Made by a program: the position numbers and the translations under genes
Shown: piece after piece, positions 60,266-64,000 of the stretch
How the letters are laid out: each line of letters begins with the position of its first letter
How positions within the stretch are numbered: the first letter of the stretch is position 1
Notes under the pieces: model-generated
The model's input: only the letters and a program-made list of their open reading frames with translations
Database searches by the model: none
Told to the model about the DNA's origin: nothing
Source: Chthoniobacterales bacterium
Lineage (GTDB): Bacteria > Verrucomicrobiota > Verrucomicrobiia > Chthoniobacterales > UBA10450
Length of the DNA: 64,000 nt
NCBI GenBank assembly: GCA_036270055.1
Contig: DATBDG010000155.1
Location: 13,863 to 77,862 of the forward strand
Direction of reading: 5' to 3'

Positions 60266-61276
60266 ATGACAGCGAATGCAAAACTCGGTTGTCTGAGCGT
60301 CTTTCTCTTCGTCGCTCTCTGCGCCAGTCTCTTCATGAATCTCGTGCTGGCGCTGGGCGCGTTTCAGCGTCTGGCCGATGGCGGTGGCGATGTGGAAATG
60401 CGACCACGCTTTCGCGAGGTCATCCTGGAGCGGGGAGTCGGCCGGAGCGCGAACAAGATCGCGGTTATTTCCCTCCGTGGGATCATCAGCACCGGCGTGC
60501 GCGGCGCCGTCGGGGAATCGATGGTGGACGATCTGCGCTGGCAGTTCGACCAGGCGCGGAAGGACGAGAACGTGCGCGCGGTCGTTTTCGAGGTCGACTC
60601 GCCCGGCGGCGAAGTGACGGCTTCGGACATGATTTACAACGCCGTCGCCAAAACCCGGGCGCAGAAACCGGTCGTGGTTTACATGGAATCGCTCGCCGCT
60701 TCCGGGGGTTATTACGTTTCCTGCGGGGGGAAATATCTGATGGCAAACGAGACGAGTATCACCGGCAGCATTGGCGTCATCATCCAGACGCTGAATTACC
60801 AGCAGCTCTTCGATAAAATCGGGCTCGTGGCCGTCGTCTTCAAAAGCGGAAAATTCAAGGACATGCTGAACGGGGCGCGGCCGATCACGCCTGAGGAACG
60901 CGAGTACATCCAGAGCTTCGTCATGAAGACCTACGAAAAATTTCTCGGGATCGTGGCCCGGGAACGCAACCTCTCGGCTGACGCGCTCCGCAACGGCATC
61001 GCCGACGGACGCATTCTTTCGGGGCGCGATGCGCTCGAATACAAGTTGATCGACGGCCTCGGCCAAATCGAGGATGCCTACGCGAAAGCGAAGGAACTGG
61101 GGCGCGCCCCGGACGCCAAGATCGTGAAGTACGGCCCGCCCTTCAGCCTCGGCACCTTCTTCCGCCTCCTAACCAAGAGCGGCGACACGAAAATCGAACT
61201 CTCCTTTCCCGGGCAGCTCACTCCGCAACTGGAGAGCGGGCGCGCCTATTTTCTGCCCAGCTTTTACGCTCCCTAA
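60266..61276 (+). CDS. sppA: Signal peptide peptidase SppA (36K type)
   Basis: N-terminal TM. ..VRAVVFEVDSPGGEVTASD..ESLAASGGYYVSC..TGSIGV.. ClpP/crotonase-like serine peptidase S49 motifs. ATG at 60266. Confidence 0.85.
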   Translation: MTANAKLGCLSVFLFVALCASLFMNLVLALGAFQRLADGGGDVEMRPRFREVILERGVGRSANKIAVISLRGIISTGVRGAVGESMVDDLRWQFDQARKDENVRAVVFEVDSPGGEVTASDMIYNAVAKTRAQKPVVVYMESLAASGGYYVSCGGKYLMANETSITGSIGVIIQTLNYQQLFDKIGLVAVVFKSGKFKDMLNGARPITPEEREYIQSFVMKTYEKFLGIVARERNLSADALRNGIADGRILSGRDALEYKLIDGLGQIEDAYAKAKELGRAPDAKIVKYGPPFSLGTFFRLLTKSGDTKIELSFPGQLTPQLESGRAYFLPSFYAP

Positions 61277-61291
61277 CGACCCGGCAGCGAG

Positions 61292-62080
61292 ATGGTGAAC
61301 AGCCTGATCAACACGCTGCTCGTGGCCGCGGGCCTCTTCGTCTACCTCTCGCTCTTTCGCCAGGTGGCGGCGCGCGGGAACGGCGCGCCCGCCCTCGGCG
61401 AAAGGGAGTTGGGGCTGCCGGAGGCGATCGCGGCGTTGCTCCTCATTGGTTGGTTTGGTCTGACCGTGCTGGTCGCGGCCAGGGTGCAGCCGGCGGCCCT
61501 GCAAACGCGCGAGCTTCTCTATACCGGCGCATTTAATCTCGCGATCGTCTCGATTTTGACCGCGCTTTTGCAGTTGCGCGGCTTTCGGGTGGTATCGTTA
61601 GGCGGCTTTTCCCGGCTCGGTTTCGGCCGCATCGTGAGCACGGCGGCGGTCCTACTCTTTGCGGCTTATCCGCTCCTCTTCGCGGCGGACAGCATCTCGC
61701 GCTGGGCTCTGGGCGAGGGCGCGGGCAAACAGCAGATCGTCGAGATGTTCACCGGCTCCGAAACGCTCCCGCAGCGCATTCTCATCATTGTGCTTGCGAT
61801 CGCGATCGCTCCGCTTGCGGAAGAATTCATTTTCCGCTTCTTCCTCTATGGCGTGCTCAAGCGGTATCTCGGGCGCGGCCCCGGGCTCGTCCTTAACGCG
61901 CTCCTTTTCGGCGCCGTCCATGTCCATTTGCCGAGTTTCCTCCCACTCTTTGTCCTCGGCGGATGTTTCACCCTCGCCTATGAATGGAGCGGCTCGATTC
62001 TCGTCTCGATGACGATGCACGCCCTCTTCAATTTCTTCTCTCTCAGCGCGCTCGCTTTCCCTGATCTGCTTCCCCAATGA
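61292..62080 (+). CDS. CPBP family intramembrane glutamic endopeptidase (CAAX protease/Abi)
   Basis: Multiple TM segments with ..APLAEEFIFRFFLYG.., ..FGAVH.. and ..HALFNF.. motifs. Confidence 0.8.
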   Translation: MVNSLINTLLVAAGLFVYLSLFRQVAARGNGAPALGERELGLPEAIAALLLIGWFGLTVLVAARVQPAALQTRELLYTGAFNLAIVSILTALLQLRGFRVVSLGGFSRLGFGRIVSTAAVLLFAAYPLLFAADSISRWALGEGAGKQQIVEMFTGSETLPQRILIIVLAIAIAPLAEEFIFRFFLYGVLKRYLGRGPGLVLNALLFGAVHVHLPSFLPLFVLGGCFTLAYEWSGSILVSMTMHALFNFFSLSALAFPDLLPQ

Positions 62081-62967
62081 AACTGCGCGAGGTGGGCGAG
62101 GATCGGCTCATCGCGCAGCTGGTGGCGCGTTTGCCTTCGCGTCCGGACGTTCTGGTCGGACCGGGCGACGACTGCGCAGTGCTGAAGGGACCGGGGAAAG
62201 ACCGGCTGCTTCTTTTCAAAACGGATTGTGTCGTTGCAGGGGTGCATTTTCAGCCTGACGAAAAGCCATCCGCCGTCGGCTGGAAGGCGATGGCGCGCAC
62301 CTTGAGCGATTTTGCGGCCATGTCCGGTTTGCCACACTTTGCTCTCGTCACCCTGATCGCACCGCCAGACCGCGAGATGCGCTGGGTGAAGGAAATTTAT
62401 CGCGGACTGGAGCGGGTGGCGGATCGATTCAAAGTCGCCATCGTCGGGGGGGAAACGAGCGGCACCGACGGCCCGGCGGTCATTTCAATCAGCGCGCTGG
62501 GAAGCGTAGAGAAAAATCGCCGGGTCTCGCGCGGCGGCGGGAAAGCAGGCGATGCACTCTTCGTCACCGGCTGGTTGGGCGGGTCGATTCGGAGCAAACA
62601 CCTGAGGTTCATCCCGCGAATCGAGGAGGCCCGCTGGCTCACGGCCCATTTCAGCATCCATGCGATGATGGATTTGAGCGACGGTCTTGGGGCCGACCTG
62701 CCGCGGCTCGCGATGGCGAGCGGAGTTGGTTTCGAGATCGAGGAAGCGGCCTTGCCATGCAGTCGCGGATCGTCAGTTGAGCGGGCGCTTAACGATGGCG
62801 AAGACTACGAATTGCTTTTCGCGCTTTCCCCTAACGATGCCGAAGTTTTGGAAAAAAAATGGCGCGAGAAATTTCCGCGCCTCCCGCTCACCCGCATCGG
62901 TTGGTTCACTCGTCACGCGTCACCCATCACCCGTCACGCTCTCCATGGCTTCCTTCATTTCCAATAA
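62077..62967 (+). CDS. thiL: Thiamine-monophosphate kinase
   Basis: ..GDDCAVL..DCVVAGVHF..MARTLSDFAAMSG..GGETS..DLSDGLGADL.. AIR-synthase-like ThiL motifs. ATGA overlap with the upstream gene. Confidence 0.88.
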   Translation: MKLREVGEDRLIAQLVARLPSRPDVLVGPGDDCAVLKGPGKDRLLLFKTDCVVAGVHFQPDEKPSAVGWKAMARTLSDFAAMSGLPHFALVTLIAPPDREMRWVKEIYRGLERVADRFKVAIVGGETSGTDGPAVISISALGSVEKNRRVSRGGGKAGDALFVTGWLGGSIRSKHLRFIPRIEEARWLTAHFSIHAMMDLSDGLGADLPRLAMASGVGFEIEEAALPCSRGSSVERALNDGEDYELLFALSPNDAEVLEKKWREKFPRLPLTRIGWFTRHASPITRHALHGFLHFQ

Positions 62968-63364
62968 CGTGGAAGAAACAATCGGTTTCGCGCGGGACTG
63001 GGGCGCGGCCCTCGCGCCTAACGACGTCGTGGCCCTGGTCGGCGATCTCGGCGCGGGCAAAACGCATTTCGTCAAAGGCCTCCTCCAGGCGTTCGCAACC
63101 GCGGAGGAAGCGACCAGTCCCACCTTCACCCTCGTGCACGAATATCGCCGCGGCCGGCTGCCGGTCTTTCATTTCGATTTCTACCGGATCGAGCATCCGT
63201 CGGAGATCGATCACATCGGCTTCGGTGATTATCTAGAGGAAGGCGGCGTCGCGATCATCGAATGGGCCGATCGTTTTCCGCAGGTTTTTCCGCCGCGGAC
63301 CCGCTGGCTGCGGATCAAAGCCACGAGCGAATCGCAACGCACCATCACGGAGGACGAAAGGTGA
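62945..63364 (+). CDS. tsaE: tRNA t6A37 biosynthesis protein TsaE (ATPase)
   Basis: ATG at 62945. ..VVALVGDLGAGKTHFVKGL..SPTFTLVHEY..HFDFYR..GVAIIEWAD... Confidence 0.85.
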   Translation: MASFISNNVEETIGFARDWGAALAPNDVVALVGDLGAGKTHFVKGLLQAFATAEEATSPTFTLVHEYRRGRLPVFHFDFYRIEHPSEIDHIGFGDYLEEGGVAIIEWADRFPQVFPPRTRWLRIKATSESQRTITEDER

Positions 63365-63954
63365 AAGTCCTCGCGCTCGAACTCTCCTCGCCGGTCGGGA
63401 GCGTGGCTTTTTGCGATGAAGAAGGCGGGCGGGATTTGCGGGCCTTCCCTGCCGATCGGAAAGACTCGGGATTTTTTTACCAAAATTTGAGCGCGATTTA
63501 TCAGCAGTTCGGCCCGCCCGAGCTGATCGTGGTCGGTACCGGGCCGGGATCGTACGCCGGCGTTCGGATAGCGATTGCGACCGCCCTGGGTTTGAAAGCC
63601 GCTTCCGGAGCGCGGCTGCTCGGTCTTCCTTCGATCTGCGCGGTCGATCGCGCGGAGTATTTTTTTGTCGGGGACGCCCGCCGGAATTCGTTTTTTTTCG
63701 CTCACGTGAAGGAGGGCCGCTGCCTCGAAGGTCCAACCCTGGCGAGTGCGGGCCAGATCGAAGCGCGGATGAAGGGGGCGCCGCAACTGCCGGTAATCGC
63801 GACCCAGCCTCTGTCGCCGTTTCTGGATGTGATGGTGGAGGATCCCTCCGCCCTGCGTCTGGCGGAACTCGCGATCGCCCACGATGAGGGCGCGGAAATG
63901 CCGCTCGAGCCGATCTATTTACGCGAGCCCTACATCACAACTCCACGAAGATGA
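63361..63954 (+). CDS. tsaB: tRNA t6A37 biosynthesis protein TsaB (YeaZ)
   Basis: GTG at 63361 overlaps the tsaE stop (GTGA). VKVLALELSSPVGSVAF..VVGTGPGSYAGVRIAIATALGL... Confidence 0.8.
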   Translation: MKVLALELSSPVGSVAFCDEEGGRDLRAFPADRKDSGFFYQNLSAIYQQFGPPELIVVGTGPGSYAGVRIAIATALGLKAASGARLLGLPSICAVDRAEYFFVGDARRNSFFFAHVKEGRCLEGPTLASAGQIEARMKGAPQLPVIATQPLSPFLDVMVEDPSALRLAELAIAHDEGAEMPLEPIYLREPYITTPRR

Positions 63955-64000
63955 ATTCACCGATTGCAGAACGTTGTTGGGCAGAAGTGGAAGGAGCCGC
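63951..64000 (+). CDS. 5' end of an unidentified gene (runs off the window)
   Basis: ATG at 63951 overlaps the tsaB stop (ATGA). Only 16 codons are visible (MNSPIAERCWAEVEGA). Confidence 0.3.
   Translation, partial: MNSPIAERCWAEVEGA

Overview
High-GC (about 60-65% by eye), densely coding bacterial chromosome segment with about 60 genes, two tRNAs and no rRNA. I found no CRISPR array, transposase, integrase, prophage or recognisable defence system.

Gene content, in window order:
- Housekeeping: pnp and rpsO, priA, class II ribonucleotide reductase nrdJ, gpmI, hflK and hflC, rpmG and rpsR, thiL-tsaE-tsaB.
- A TonB-dependent receptor / YfiR-like / CHASE8 hybrid histidine kinase module (15.7-20.5 kb).
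- A tightly packed ABC-transporter-dependent glycan (O-antigen-like) locus (20.6-30.4 kb).
- A MacA/MacB-type efflux operon (42.8-45.9 kb).
- A methylcitrate/propionate locus: acyl-CoA dehydrogenase, fused CoA-transferase, prpD, prpB, prpC, thioesterase (49.6-56.9 kb).
- An Ada-type alkylation repair gene.

PT-rich linkers, the 'LNISTR' beta-sandwich repeat domain and the HASRIT/NVQR-type intergenic repeats suggest a soil Verrucomicrobiota-like organism. That placement is inference only.

Main finding: the non-palindromic word TCGTTAGGCG (core CGTTAGGC / GCCTAACG) is strongly over-represented.
- It occurs about once per 1.3-2 kb, on both strands and in both senses relative to transcription.
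- It sits in coding and intergenic DNA, forces rare codons, and supplies several stop codons.
- This is a DNA-level signal comparable in density to DNA uptake sequences. I cannot assign it a function from sequence alone.

Secondary observations:
- Two structured 155-bp intercistronic repeats in the prp locus.
- Decayed genes: a multi-frameshift FtsX permease, a TAG-interrupted CMD/AhpD-like gene, and a DUF2182 remnant next to tRNA-Ser.
- A PNPase with an RGG-rich tail.
- An alkaline-phosphatase homologue with a degenerate active site.
- A DksA-like protein with a histone-H1-like tail.
- A kinase-like/methyltransferase protein paired with a Wzt that carries a C-terminal extension.

All calls come from reading the sequence and the ORF translations. 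No searches were run.
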